From the NCBI GenBank assembly GCA_029564515.1, contig JAKQPV010000102.1:23685-87684 (forward strand): 64,000 nt of DNA. The letters are read 5' to 3'. This document shows, piece after piece, positions 26,123-35,270 of this stretch. The position numbers were made by a program, and so were the translations under genes. The first letter of the stretch is position 1; each line of letters starts with the position of its first letter. Under the pieces are notes generated by a model. The model was not told where the DNA came from. It saw nothing but the letters and a program-made list of their open reading frames with translations, and searched no databases. This DNA comes from Spirochaetota bacterium. Its GTDB lineage: Bacteria > Spirochaetota > UBA4802 > UBA5550.

Positions 26123-26450
26123 AAACTGCTCAACTACAGCCTGCGGCATGGAGAAGAATGGGGGGGGATATGAAACATTGTTGTATGGGTAACACATTCA
26201 TCCACTTCTGTTTCAAGGTGAAGTTTTTTTGCCGCAAGCTGTAGAGAGCAGACTTTGCATACTGTCTCTAAAGCGAACTGAAAGTAAACCTCCTACTTAC
26301 AATACGCAATTAGTTGACCGTTACAATAGTGAATATACTACAGGGGAAGGTATAGTGCAATCCTTGAAAGTGTTATTTGGATGAGAGAAAAAACACGAAT
26401 AAATTTGTAGGTGAATTCCCCTACAATACCGAGCCCGCAGGGGCTCTCAC

Positions 26451-27101
26451 TCATGGGTTTGAGGCGTGGTCCTGGTTCCACTGAACCGCATAACGCACCA
26501 GTTCGCTTGAGTCCTTCATCTTGAGTTTCTCGATTATGCGAGAGCGGTAGGTTTCGACCGTTTTTACGCTGAGGGAAAGCTCCTGCGCGATATGCCTGTT
26601 CGACATACCCCGCCCGATGAGGTGAAAGACGTCCATCTCCCTGTTCGTGAGGCCGTCAAGCGGGGACTGCATGACGTCCGATGATGTAAGGAGTTTGCCG
26701 AGGAGCCGCTCCTTGATTTCATCACTGACGAATATTTTTCCGTTGAGTATATCCCGGAGCCCCCTGACAACGGTCTCCATCGATTCCTTCTTCATAATGA
26801 AGCCGCGCGCACCCGCACGTATAGCGCGTTCTGCGTAAAAATTTTCATCATGCATGGAGAGGATCAGGACGGGGATGTTGAAGCGCGACTTGATGGCAGT
26901 GGTAAGCTCGATACCGCTGGTACCCTTGAGCGAGAGGTCCGCGATTATGATGTCCGGCCGGAGGTCATTGATCTGCCGGATGGCGCCCTCTGCGTCCTCG
27001 GCGTCTCCGCAGACGATAAAGTCCTCCTCCCCGTTGATGAACACCGCAAGCCCCTGTCTGACAACCGGGTGATCGTCAACGATGAATACTTTTTTCTTCA
27101 T
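26451..27101 (-). CDS. NarL/LuxR-family response regulator
   Basis: REC 'VFIVDDHPVVRQGL..DIIIADLSLKG' plus HTH 'LTNREMDVFHLIGRGMSNRHIAQELSLSVKTVETYRSRI'. Start at ATG 27101. Confidence 0.9.
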   Translation of the reverse strand: MKKKVFIVDDHPVVRQGLAVFINGEEDFIVCGDAEDAEGAIRQINDLRPDIIIADLSLKGTSGIELTTAIKSRFNIPVLILSMHDENFYAERAIRAGARGFIMKKESMETVVRGLRDILNGKIFVSDEIKERLLGKLLTSSDVMQSPLDGLTNREMDVFHLIGRGMSNRHIAQELSLSVKTVETYRSRIIEKLKMKDSSELVRYAVQWNQDHASNP

Positions 27102-27183
27102 GATAACGCCTGTCCTCGCACCCGGATAGTATCGATGCATGAGTCCCGGCTGTCAATATATTATTTAGCCGCACCGGCAACCG

Positions 27184-29700
27184 TCACTGCCTTCGCCAGT
27201 AACAAGAAACCGTGGTCCCCCCATGCTTGTTTGTCCCGATCTTGATTGCAGCGCCTATCGCGTTAGCGCGGTACTGCATTGTACGGAGCCCCATGCCCTT
27301 AAGAGAATCGACGTCGTCCGGAAAGCCCGTGCCGTCGTCCTCGATTTCAAGACGAACAATGCCCCTCCTGTTCGTAAGCGACACGGTTATCCTTCCCGCA
27401 TTGCCATGACGGATTGCGTTCGTTATGGATTCCTGCACAATGTAGTGGAACTGCGTCTCCACCATGCTGTCATTGATGGTGATCGACGAATCGTACTTCA
27501 TCTTGCATGAGACCGAGTATACATTTTCCATGGTCCTGGTGAGGCGGTCGAGTGCGGCGATAATGCCTCCCGAGTCAACCTCGACCGGAGACAGGCCGCG
27601 CGAGAGAAGCCGTGTGTGCTCCTTTGCCTCGTTGATCAGCGCGGTTATACCGCGTGCGTCTTCCGCCTCCGGGATGTTCCGCACGGTCAGCTTCTTGACC
27701 AGGGACTCGCAGAGGAACCCGGTGCCGGCAAGTATCTGGCCAAGGTCGTCATGCAGGTCGCGCCCGATACGCTGCTGCTCCCTCATGCTGATCTCTAATA
27801 TCTGCCGCTCAAGGTATTTGCGTTCGGAAATATCCGTGAACACGGCCACGAAACCCGTTACCCGGCCCTGGTCGTCTGTCAGGGACCGCGGCGAAACGAC
27901 CATTCCGGTCTTGATGCCGTCGGTGATCAGCAGCGCAATTTCGTACGCACCCGGACGGGCGCTTGTCTTCCCGCTGAGGACATCCTCGAAACCCTGGCGG
28001 TCGGCCTCATGTATGAAATCCAGTATCGGCCTGCCTATTATCTCTTCTTCACGGCAGCCGATCATCAGGCAGAACTGGTCGTTCACGAATACAACGATAC
28101 CCTGCTCGTCCCCCTGCACCAGACCGTCGCTCATGGCCTGGACCAGCACGCGGTACTTCTCTTCGCTCCGGCTCAGCGCGCTCTGGGCCATCTTGCGCAG
28201 GGTGATATCTTTCAGAACGGCATGTATCATCGGCTTCCCGGCGATCGGTATGGCGGTGAGGGTTATATCGACAGGCACCTCGCGCCCGTCAAGACGCAGC
28301 GACACCCACTCAAGACTGAGACTGCCCATCTGATATACCAGGGATATGATCTCATCCATTCGCGTCGGCGTATGCATTCCCTCGGGGAGATATTCAGGGG
28401 AAAGGTCATACATCGCCATGCCCAGTATGTCTGACTTGCTCCGGGCTCCGTACAGATGCACCGCAGCCATGTTGCAGTCCACGATAAAACTGTTTTCCAT
28501 CAGAAGCTGGGCGTCCGCCGACTGCTCGAACAGCAGGTGGAATTTTTCCTCGCTTTGGCGCAGGGCTTTCTCGATTTTCTTGACCTCGGTAATGTCATTT
28601 AATACCGAGAGCAGGTATTTCTCGCCGCCCAGGTCAAGCACTTCAACCGAGACCAGCATTGTCATCATCTCCCCTGATTTGGAGGGGAGCCGGACCTCAC
28701 GGTCCCGGACAGCGCCGAAGCGCCGCAGGGTCGTCCTCAGCGATTCGAGGACATCTGCCTCGATGAACTGTTCAATTACGTTTCCGGGCATGCCCAGAAG
28801 CTCTTCGCGCGTGAATCCGCTCATTACCAGCAGCTTCTCGTTCATATCTATGATCGCGTCATCGTCCATCCTCGTTATCAGCATGCCGCTCGGGCTGGAA
28901 TGGAACGTCTTGTAAAACTTCTCTTCCGAGACGCGAAGCGCTTCATCCGACTTCTTCCGCTCGGTGATATCCTCCCCGATCGCCTGGATCTCCGTGATCT
29001 TGCCCTGTTCGTCGAACAGGCCCTGTGCGATCCATCGCTGCCAGCGTTCCTCTTCGTTGATCCGGATGCGAAGCTCGTGGTTAAGTACCGGGTTTTCAGC
29101 GCTCAGTGCCGCATAAATTTTCCCGGCATTGGAAAGGTCGGTGTTCGCAAGGAGTTCGTCGAGGGGCCTGCCTATGACATTCTCCTGCTTCACATCGAAA
29201 TACCGGGAGAACTCGTCATTCACGAACGTGATGGCGAAATGTTCCGGATGAAACCGGCAGATCATGACAGGCGCGGTCTCGACGATGGCCCGGTACCGTT
29301 CTTCGCTCTGCTTCAGCATCTTGCCCATGCCATGCCGGTAGAGCGCGAACTCAACGGTTATGACGAGCTCGTTGATGTTCACCGGTTTCACGAGAAATCC
29401 GTACGGGCCTGTCGTCTTGGCCCTGTCGAGGATATCGCGGTCCGTATGGCCGGTCAGGTAAATAACGGGAATGTCATGCCGTGCCGCCACTTTTCCCGCC
29501 GCATCGATGCCGTCGCCGGCGCCTTCGAGCAGGACGTCCATGAGTATGATGTCCGGGTTGAAGCGCTCAACAGCCCGCATCAATTCATCTGCCGATGTCA
29601 CGATATCCGGGGCGTCATAACCGCGTGCGATAAGCGCGTCACGGATGTATTTCCCCGATATGACATCGTCTTCGGCAATCAGTATGCGATTGTTTCCCAT
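27184..29700 (-). CDS. Hybrid sensor: N-terminal receiver, about four PAS domains, HisKA_3 + HATPase_c kinase
   Basis: REC 'ILIAEDDVISGKY..DIILMDVLLEG'. The PAS repeats are each introduced by 'SEEK(Y/F)' linkers. H-box 'RIGRDLHDDLGQILAG' and ATPase 'ESITNAIRHGNA..EDDGTGFP..GMGLRTMQYRA'. Confidence 0.9.
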   Translation of the reverse strand: MGNNRILIAEDDVISGKYIRDALIARGYDAPDIVTSADELMRAVERFNPDIILMDVLLEGAGDGIDAAGKVAARHDIPVIYLTGHTDRDILDRAKTTGPYGFLVKPVNINELVITVEFALYRHGMGKMLKQSEERYRAIVETAPVMICRFHPEHFAITFVNDEFSRYFDVKQENVIGRPLDELLANTDLSNAGKIYAALSAENPVLNHELRIRINEEERWQRWIAQGLFDEQGKITEIQAIGEDITERKKSDEALRVSEEKFYKTFHSSPSGMLITRMDDDAIIDMNEKLLVMSGFTREELLGMPGNVIEQFIEADVLESLRTTLRRFGAVRDREVRLPSKSGEMMTMLVSVEVLDLGGEKYLLSVLNDITEVKKIEKALRQSEEKFHLLFEQSADAQLLMENSFIVDCNMAAVHLYGARSKSDILGMAMYDLSPEYLPEGMHTPTRMDEIISLVYQMGSLSLEWVSLRLDGREVPVDITLTAIPIAGKPMIHAVLKDITLRKMAQSALSRSEEKYRVLVQAMSDGLVQGDEQGIVVFVNDQFCLMIGCREEEIIGRPILDFIHEADRQGFEDVLSGKTSARPGAYEIALLITDGIKTGMVVSPRSLTDDQGRVTGFVAVFTDISERKYLERQILEISMREQQRIGRDLHDDLGQILAGTGFLCESLVKKLTVRNIPEAEDARGITALINEAKEHTRLLSRGLSPVEVDSGGIIAALDRLTRTMENVYSVSCKMKYDSSITINDSMVETQFHYIVQESITNAIRHGNAGRITVSLTNRRGIVRLEIEDDGTGFPDDVDSLKGMGLRTMQYRANAIGAAIKIGTNKHGGTTVSCYWRRQ

Positions 29701-29792
29701 TATAACGCTCCGCGGGATCAGACAGCAACGGCTATTCTCTCATGACGGGGGGATGAAATCAAGTTGTTTACTGGAGCGATGATTAATTTGAT

Positions 29793-29888
29793 TGTCATTC
29801 CCGCGAAAGCGGGAATCCAGATACTTCCAGCAAGGTAAACAATAACCGTTCCCTATAATAATGGATCCCCGCTTTCGCGGGGATGACA
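29793..29888. repeat. Inverted-repeat element TGTCATTCCCGCGAAAGCGGGAATCC ... GGATCCCCGCTTTCGCGGGGATGACA
   Basis: 26-nt arms (3 mismatches) around an AT-rich centre, located between the kinase start and the purH stop. Confidence 0.7.
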
Positions 29889-29943
29889 TTTTTCAAACAT
29901 TAAATACATTTAATAATGAACGATACCTTACAATCCCGATGGT

Positions 29944-31098
29944 TTAAATATGCAGAAAACAACGCTCAAGCGTGGCCATGAGCGCTATGTTGTGCTCGTT
30001 CGCCGCCTCGATCACCAGGGCGTCGTTCATGGACCCTGCCGGCCAGACCACTGCGGTAACGCCCTCGCGCGCCACCGTATCTATGCTGTCCCTTTGCGGG
30101 AAGAAAGCGTCCGAAGACATGACCGCACCTTTCAGGCTGTGTCCCTTCTTGAGGGCCTTGTCTATGGCCTGCTCAACGGCGCCGACCCGCTCCTGCTCGC
30201 CCGTCCCTACCGCGATGGCAGCGCCATCCTTGACGAATACGATCCCGTTGGAGCGCACGTTGATGTTGACATACCAGGCAACCAGGCAGTCTTCGAGCTC
30301 CTTCTCTGTCGGCTTGCGGCGGACCACGTAATTCGCTCCGCCGTTTTTCGCCGGGTCAGCGTTGGGAATCATCGGGTCAATCACGAAGTCCTCCGCAGAC
30401 CTGATTCTGGTCAGGTAGGGTACCTCGACGGTAAGGGAGCCGTCCACCAGGTTACGCAGGTTATAGTACCCGCTGACATCGTCGCCGATGAACTTCGGGA
30501 CGCCGCCCATGTTCGCGGCTTTCGCCACTCTGATGGCGTTATTGAGCTTTTTCGTTCCCTCGTTCTTCTTCAGTATTTCAAGAGCCGCGGGCTCGTACGA
30601 CGGAGCGATGATCCCCTCGACAAAGCTCTCCATGACCGCTTCCGCCGTCGCCGCATCGACCGTGGTGTTGAACCCGATAATCGATCCGAAAGCGCTCCGC
30701 TCGTCGCAGGCGCGCGCGATGCGGTAGATATCGGAGAGCGACTCGCCGGCTGTCTCGACCTTGAAGCCGCAGGGATTCACGTGCTTCATGATGGTGCAGG
30801 ACGGCTTACGGAAAAACTTCAGTATATTGATCGCCTGGCTCATGTCCTGGAGGTTCGTAAGAGAAAGCCCCTCCTTGCCTCCCTTGAGGATGTCGAGGTT
30901 CCCGACCGAGCAGTTTTTCCCGTCGGCCGGCGCGTACGCGATGAACGGCTGGTGCGGGTTGGTGCCGTACCTGAGCTGGAACGGGACCTTCTTCAGCGGG
31001 ATTGTAGTGTCGCCGATAACGAGCTTCGCTTCAGCGGGAAAATCGCTCTGTATCGCTTTCTTGTATGCGTCTTTGAATGATGATACGTCAGTAGCCAT
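29944..31098 (-). CDS. purH: AICAR formyltransferase (PurH C-terminal domain only; no MGS-like IMP cyclohydrolase domain)
   Basis: 384 aa from ATG 31098 (RBS CAGGAG). 'LRYGTNPHQ' and a C-terminal '..LERCFLHI' resembling the PurH tail. The N-terminal cyclohydrolase half is missing. Confidence 0.85.
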   Translation of the reverse strand: MATDVSSFKDAYKKAIQSDFPAEAKLVIGDTTIPLKKVPFQLRYGTNPHQPFIAYAPADGKNCSVGNLDILKGGKEGLSLTNLQDMSQAINILKFFRKPSCTIMKHVNPCGFKVETAGESLSDIYRIARACDERSAFGSIIGFNTTVDAATAEAVMESFVEGIIAPSYEPAALEILKKNEGTKKLNNAIRVAKAANMGGVPKFIGDDVSGYYNLRNLVDGSLTVEVPYLTRIRSAEDFVIDPMIPNADPAKNGGANYVVRRKPTEKELEDCLVAWYVNINVRSNGIVFVKDGAAIAVGTGEQERVGAVEQAIDKALKKGHSLKGAVMSSDAFFPQRDSIDTVAREGVTAVVWPAGSMNDALVIEAANEHNIALMATLERCFLHI

Positions 31099-31172
31099 GA
31101 AACATCTCCTGGTTAAAATGAATGGGCGCGCCGCCCGGCGCGCCCGTTGCAAGCATGCTCTCTTGCGCTCCT

Positions 31173-31892
31173 CTACTTGTTCCTGTTCTTGAGTGCGAAC
31201 TTGATCTTGCCTTCCGGGCTCCGGAAAACCGCGGCTGTCGCAACACGGTAATCGTCCCTGCCTTTTTCAGGAGCAAGGGCCTTGTAGAGCGCGCTCGCTG
31301 CCTCGCGCGGCGAGGCGTACGGCAGCTCGACATCGACCGGCTCGCCCTGGAAAACGGGAAGCGGATCCGTGTTGACACCCGAGTAGGTGGCGATCAGCTT
31401 GCCCTTGCCGGCCGCTTTCGGTACTTCATAGTAGACGCGGAGGACGGTGCCGTCCTTCGCGCGCTTCACGATGGAAAGCGCTGCGCTATCGCAAAGGCAG
31501 CCGCTTATGCGCGGGGTATGGTTCGGCGCGTCAGGCTCGAAATCCCAGGCGCGGAGAGCATTGCCCATCGCGGCGACCGGCGAGACGCCCTTCTTGAACT
31601 GTGCGACGATGTCCGGCGTCTGTTTGCCGTTGCTCACTCCAATCCATTTGAAACGCCCCACCATGATCGCCGGATAGATCAGCAGATCGGGGTTCCCGCC
31701 CTGAACGGCCTTTTCATCCGACGGTTTGACGAATACGTTTCTCTTTTCCTTCTCGAAACGCCTGGCCTGGCTCGAGGGGCTCCGCCCCGTTACCGCGTAC
31801 AGGACGATATCGTCCCCGGCAGGACTGCTTCCAATTATAATAATGCGACCGGGATATACCATTTGCGCTAGCGCTTCAAAACCTTTTTCCAT
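31173..31892 (-). CDS. purO: Archaeal-type IMP cyclohydrolase (PurO family)
   Basis: 'YPGRIIIIGSS..LYAVTGRSPSSQAR..NPDLLIYPAI..GVSNGKQTPD..DFEPDAPNHTPRISG' parallels methanogen PurO blocks as I recall them. RBS AAGGAG precedes ATG 31892. The gene sits between purN and purH. Confidence 0.7.
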   Translation of the reverse strand: MEKGFEALAQMVYPGRIIIIGSSPAGDDIVLYAVTGRSPSSQARRFEKEKRNVFVKPSDEKAVQGGNPDLLIYPAIMVGRFKWIGVSNGKQTPDIVAQFKKGVSPVAAMGNALRAWDFEPDAPNHTPRISGCLCDSAALSIVKRAKDGTVLRVYYEVPKAAGKGKLIATYSGVNTDPLPVFQGEPVDVELPYASPREAASALYKALAPEKGRDDYRVATAAVFRSPEGKIKFALKNRNK

Positions 31893-31895
31893 AGT

Positions 31896-32510
31896 TTACT
31901 CCTTTTCTAGAATTCGTACTTTTCTGCCTTCTATTCTGAGCCTCCCCTCACAGTAAAGCCTGATGGCCTCCGGGAGAACCTTGTGTTCGAGTTTCAGACC
32001 ACGCTCACGGAAACTCTCGAATGTATCGTCTTCCTCAACGGGATTGACCCCCTGCAGTATGATCGGTCCCGAGTCGCACCCCTCGTCGACGAAATGCACG
32101 GTGCAGCCGCTCACCTTCACGCCGTATCGCCATGCATCGCCGTAACCGTCGGTGCCCGGAAAGCTGGGCAGAAGCGCCGGGTGGATATTGATGATACGGT
32201 TGCGGTAACGCTCCAGCATGTGCCGCGTAAGGAGCCTCATGTACCCGGCCAGGACGACCAGCTCGACCCGGTTATCATCCAGCAGCCTGATGATCGCTTC
32301 CTCGTGTTCCTCCCGCTTCGCGAAATCTTTCGGGTTTACTAAAAATGCCCTGATACCGTGTTTCCGCGCCCGCTCAAGCCCGAAGGCCTTCTCCCTGTCA
32401 GAAATGACGCAGACGACCTGGGCCGGCAGATCGCCCGACTCTGACCTGTCGATTATGGATTGGAGATTGGTCCCCGACCCGGATATTAACACCGCGATTC
32501 TGGTTTTCAT
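31896..32510 (-). CDS. purN: Phosphoribosylglycinamide formyltransferase
   Basis: 'RIAVLISGSGTNLQSIID' and 'NIHPALLPSFPG'. Confidence 0.9.
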   Translation of the reverse strand: MKTRIAVLISGSGTNLQSIIDRSESGDLPAQVVCVISDREKAFGLERARKHGIRAFLVNPKDFAKREEHEEAIIRLLDDNRVELVVLAGYMRLLTRHMLERYRNRIINIHPALLPSFPGTDGYGDAWRYGVKVSGCTVHFVDEGCDSGPIILQGVNPVEEDDTFESFRERGLKLEHKVLPEAIRLYCEGRLRIEGRKVRILEKE

Positions 32511-32617
32511 TGGCGCGCTTTTCGCATGATGGCCGGCCCGTCGAGCCGGATGCCGCGGTCCGTATTTTTGCCATAATTAAAGTTAATTATGTCCCGTACG
32601 CTTCTGTCAAGATTAAT

Positions 32618-33172
32618 TCATTCTATGAGCTTCAGAAATTCCTCCCGGGTCCGTATATCACTCCGGAACACCCCCCGCACTACCGAGGTCATGGTGCTGG
32701 CCCCGGGCTTGCGTACACCCCGCATTTCCATGCACAGGTGACGCGCCTTGATGACCACCGCGACCCCCTTTGGCCTGACATGGGTCATGATCGCATCGGC
32801 TATCTCCGTGGTCAGGTGCTCCTGGATCTGGAGCCGCCTGCTGAATATCTCAACGATCCGGGCAAGCTTGCTGATACCGACTATCCGCTTGTTTTCCGGT
32901 ATATAGGCTATATGGCAGACGCCGAAGAAGGGAAGAAGATGGTGCTCGCACATGGTGTAGAAATTGATGTCCTTGACTATGACCATTTCATCGTGCTCAA
33001 GCTCATGCGTGCGCCCCAGGATATCGGCCGGGTCCTTCCTGTCACCCCCGAAGATTTCCTCGAACATGCGGGCCACCCGGTCAGGCGTGTCTTTCAGTCC
33101 GGGACGCGAAGGGTCCTCACCGATCGCATCCAGTAAATCAACAATCGCCTTCTTGATTTTATCCTTGTCCAC
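32618..33172 (-). CDS. folE: GTP cyclohydrolase I
   Basis: '[11 protein letters not shown]' and '[15 protein letters not shown]'. I prefer GTG 33172 (GGGAGG 5 nt upstream) to the track's TTG at 33178. Confidence 0.9.
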   Translation of the reverse strand: MDKDKIKKAIVDLLDAIGEDPSRPGLKDTPDRVARMFEEIFGGDRKDPADILGRTHELEHDEMVIVKDINFYTMCEHHLLPFFGVCHIAYIPENKRIVGISKLARIVEIFSRRLQIQEHLTTEIADAIMTHVRPKGVAVVIKARHLCMEMRGVRKPGASTMTSVVRGVFRSDIRTREEFLKLIE

Positions 33173-33378
33173 ACCCAATCCTCCCTGTCACAATGCCTGT
33201 GTTACAACGGCCATTCGGCAGGGTGCCAGCGACCGTTCCGTCTCCTCCGTAATAATTTCACTTCTGCATTTTTTCAATAAAAAAACAGCCTCCGTGTTCA
33301 CTTTTTAGCATAACCCCCGAAAAATGAGTTGATTTCCGGTTATCACTTTGTCAGCCTTCTTCTGAAGAAGGGCATTTC

Positions 33379-33678
33379 ATGGTCACGATAGAGATTAATG
33401 ATCCAATAATCGCCACCCTGCAGGACAACATCCTGAACGTTCACAACTCCCAGGTTATATTCCGCCAGCTGGAGGAAACGGTGCGCGAGCACAGGAAGGA
33501 CCTGGTACTGAACCTCGAGCACGTCCGCTCATGCGATTCTTCAACCATTGCGTCATTTGTCGAGCTCCAGACCCTGGTTAAATCATTCGGTAAAGAGCTC
33601 TCTATCATCAACATCTCCCCCTTCGTGATGAAGATTTTCGACATGCTGCATATAAAGAAGTTGTTTAACGTTGTATGA
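33379..33678 (+). CDS. STAS-domain anti-sigma-factor antagonist (SpoIIAA/RsbV-like)
   Basis: 99 aa with 'LVLNLEHVRSCDSSTIASFVEL', which has the conserved Ser context. Confidence 0.8.
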   Translation: MVTIEINDPIIATLQDNILNVHNSQVIFRQLEETVREHRKDLVLNLEHVRSCDSSTIASFVELQTLVKSFGKELSIINISPFVMKIFDMLHIKKLFNVV

Positions 33679-33722
33679 CCGCACTCTGGCGGATTACCGG
33701 GCAGGAAAGCCTTTAGAATGAA

Positions 33723-34325
33723 TTGAAAGCAGGTGCTGACGAAATGCCGCGATCGGGTAAAACATCGGGGAAAACACAGTCCGCGACAGAATGCTCCGGG
33801 ATCGAGTGTCTCGACAAACGAAACCACGTCTACGCCATCGAAAACCTCCTGACAGCGGCGGAGGACGTGACCCAGCTCATCACGAAAAACCTCCGGCGGC
33901 TCGTTGACCAGAAGCAGGTGAAGCTTGTCCGCATAGCCCTCAGGGAAATGATAATCAACGCAATTGAGCACGGGAACCTCGGCATCTCTTTCCGTGAAAA
34001 ATCAAAAGCCATGCTGGACGATTCCTATTTCGATTTTGTCGCACGCCGGCGAAACGAACCGCAGTGCCGCGACCGCCGGGTCATTGTCTCCTATATGGTC
34101 GATGAAGAGCGCATCATGTACGTGATATCCGACGAGGGAGACGGGTTTGACCACCGCAAGGTGATGGGAAACAATTCCCGTGACGCCAACCGGCACATGC
34201 TTGCCCACGGGAGGGGCATCTCGATGGCGAAGAATATCTTCGACTCCGTCCGCTACAACAAGAAAGGTAACCAGGTCAAACTGGTAAAAAAAATCAATAA
34301 AAAGACGCCGCCGCGGAAAAAATAA
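33723..34325 (+). CDS. SpoIIAB/RsbW-type anti-sigma serine kinase (HATPase_c_2)
   Basis: N-box 'REMIINAIEHGN', G-boxes 'SDEGDGFD' and 'HGRGISMAK'. The start is uncertain: TTG 33723 or ATG 33744. Confidence 0.8.
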   Translation: MKAGADEMPRSGKTSGKTQSATECSGIECLDKRNHVYAIENLLTAAEDVTQLITKNLRRLVDQKQVKLVRIALREMIINAIEHGNLGISFREKSKAMLDDSYFDFVARRRNEPQCRDRRVIVSYMVDEERIMYVISDEGDGFDHRKVMGNNSRDANRHMLAHGRGISMAKNIFDSVRYNKKGNQVKLVKKINKKTPPRKK

Positions 34326-34387
34326 TTCATCGCCCGCCGTTCCCGTTCGTACTATATAAAACCGGGTGTTTATGTACCACTGGTGGA

Positions 34388-34522
34388 TGTCATCACGAGC
34401 GAAGCGAAGCGTGCCTCGACAGTTCGGCAGGCTCACTGCGCCGCTCCGCTCGGCAACCGATTGGTCCCTGATCGTAGCCGAAGAGTGCTTCATCGCCTCC
34501 GCAGGGGCTCCCCGGAATGACA
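34388..34522. repeat. Inverted-repeat-family element TGTCATCACGAGCGAAGCGAAGCG ... CCGGAATGACA
   Basis: Its termini and GAAGCGAAGCG core are shared with 14331..14463. The spurious track ORF 34366..34551 is translated from it. Confidence 0.55.
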
Positions 34523-34537
34523 TGCCAGATAACCCTG

Positions 34538-34583
34538 TACCTGCAATTTGAAGCAGGTATTACACAAATGAAAAGGTTTCATA
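34538..34583 (+). promoter_or_regulatory. Hairpin plus possible H-type pseudoknot in the queC leader
   Basis: P1 is TACCTGC (34538..44) paired with GCAGGTA (34553..59). Loop ATTTG (34546..50) is complementary to CAAAT (34565..69) in the A-rich tail that runs into the SD AAAGG. Confidence 0.3.
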
Positions 34584-35270
34584 ATGCAAAATAAAAAGGC
34601 GATTATCCTTCTAAGCGGCGGCATCGATTCCGCAACAACGGCAGCGATCGCCATCGATTCGGGCTTCGCCCTCACCGCCCTCACCTTTTCGTACGGCCAG
34701 AAGCACGCGGTCGAAGTGATCGCCGCCGGGCGGATCGCCCGCTCGTTCAGCATGCCGCCCCCGCTTGTCATCGATATCCCGGCTCGGATATTCCGATCGG
34801 CCCTCACCGACGCGGGGCTGTCCGTGCCTAAAAACCGCGACACGCACGAAGACGGCATCCCGGATACCTACGTGCCGGCCCGCAATATTCTGTTTCTTTC
34901 ATACGCGCTCGCCTTCGCGGAGTCGGCCGGCGCACGCCACATCTTTATCGGGGCGACCGCGGTCGATTACAGCGGTTATCCCGATTGCCGGCCGGAATTT
35001 TTCCGGGCATTTCAGGAAATGGCGAACCGGGGCACCAGGTCCGGCGTGGACGGAGACCCGTTCGCCATCATAACACCCGTCATCGGCATGAGCAAATCGG
35101 AGATCATCAAAAAAGGCGCCTCACTCGGTGTCGACTTCGCTCTCACTCACAGCTGCTACGACCCGGATCCCGACGGCCTCGCCTGCGGATCCTGCGACAG
35201 CTGCCAGATCAGGAAAAAAGGCTTTCTCGACGCCGGCGTCGCCGATCCCACGCGTTACCGTCACGCATGA
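34584..35270 (+). CDS. queC: 7-cyano-7-deazaguanine synthase
   Basis: PP-loop 'ILLSGGIDSATTA' and C-terminal Zn motif 'CGSCDSCQIR'. Confidence 0.95.
   Translation: MQNKKAIILLSGGIDSATTAAIAIDSGFALTALTFSYGQKHAVEVIAAGRIARSFSMPPPLVIDIPARIFRSALTDAGLSVPKNRDTHEDGIPDTYVPARNILFLSYALAFAESAGARHIFIGATAVDYSGYPDCRPEFFRAFQEMANRGTRSGVDGDPFAIITPVIGMSKSEIIKKGASLGVDFALTHSCYDPDPDGLACGSCDSCQIRKKGFLDAGVADPTRYRHA

Noticed and set aside
33218-33235. TGGCAC...TGC on the minus strand upstream of folE as a sigma-54 promoter
   Set aside because: The GG-to-GC spacing does not fit the -24/-12 geometry, and there is no TTGC element. The sequence is better explained as part of the leader hairpin.
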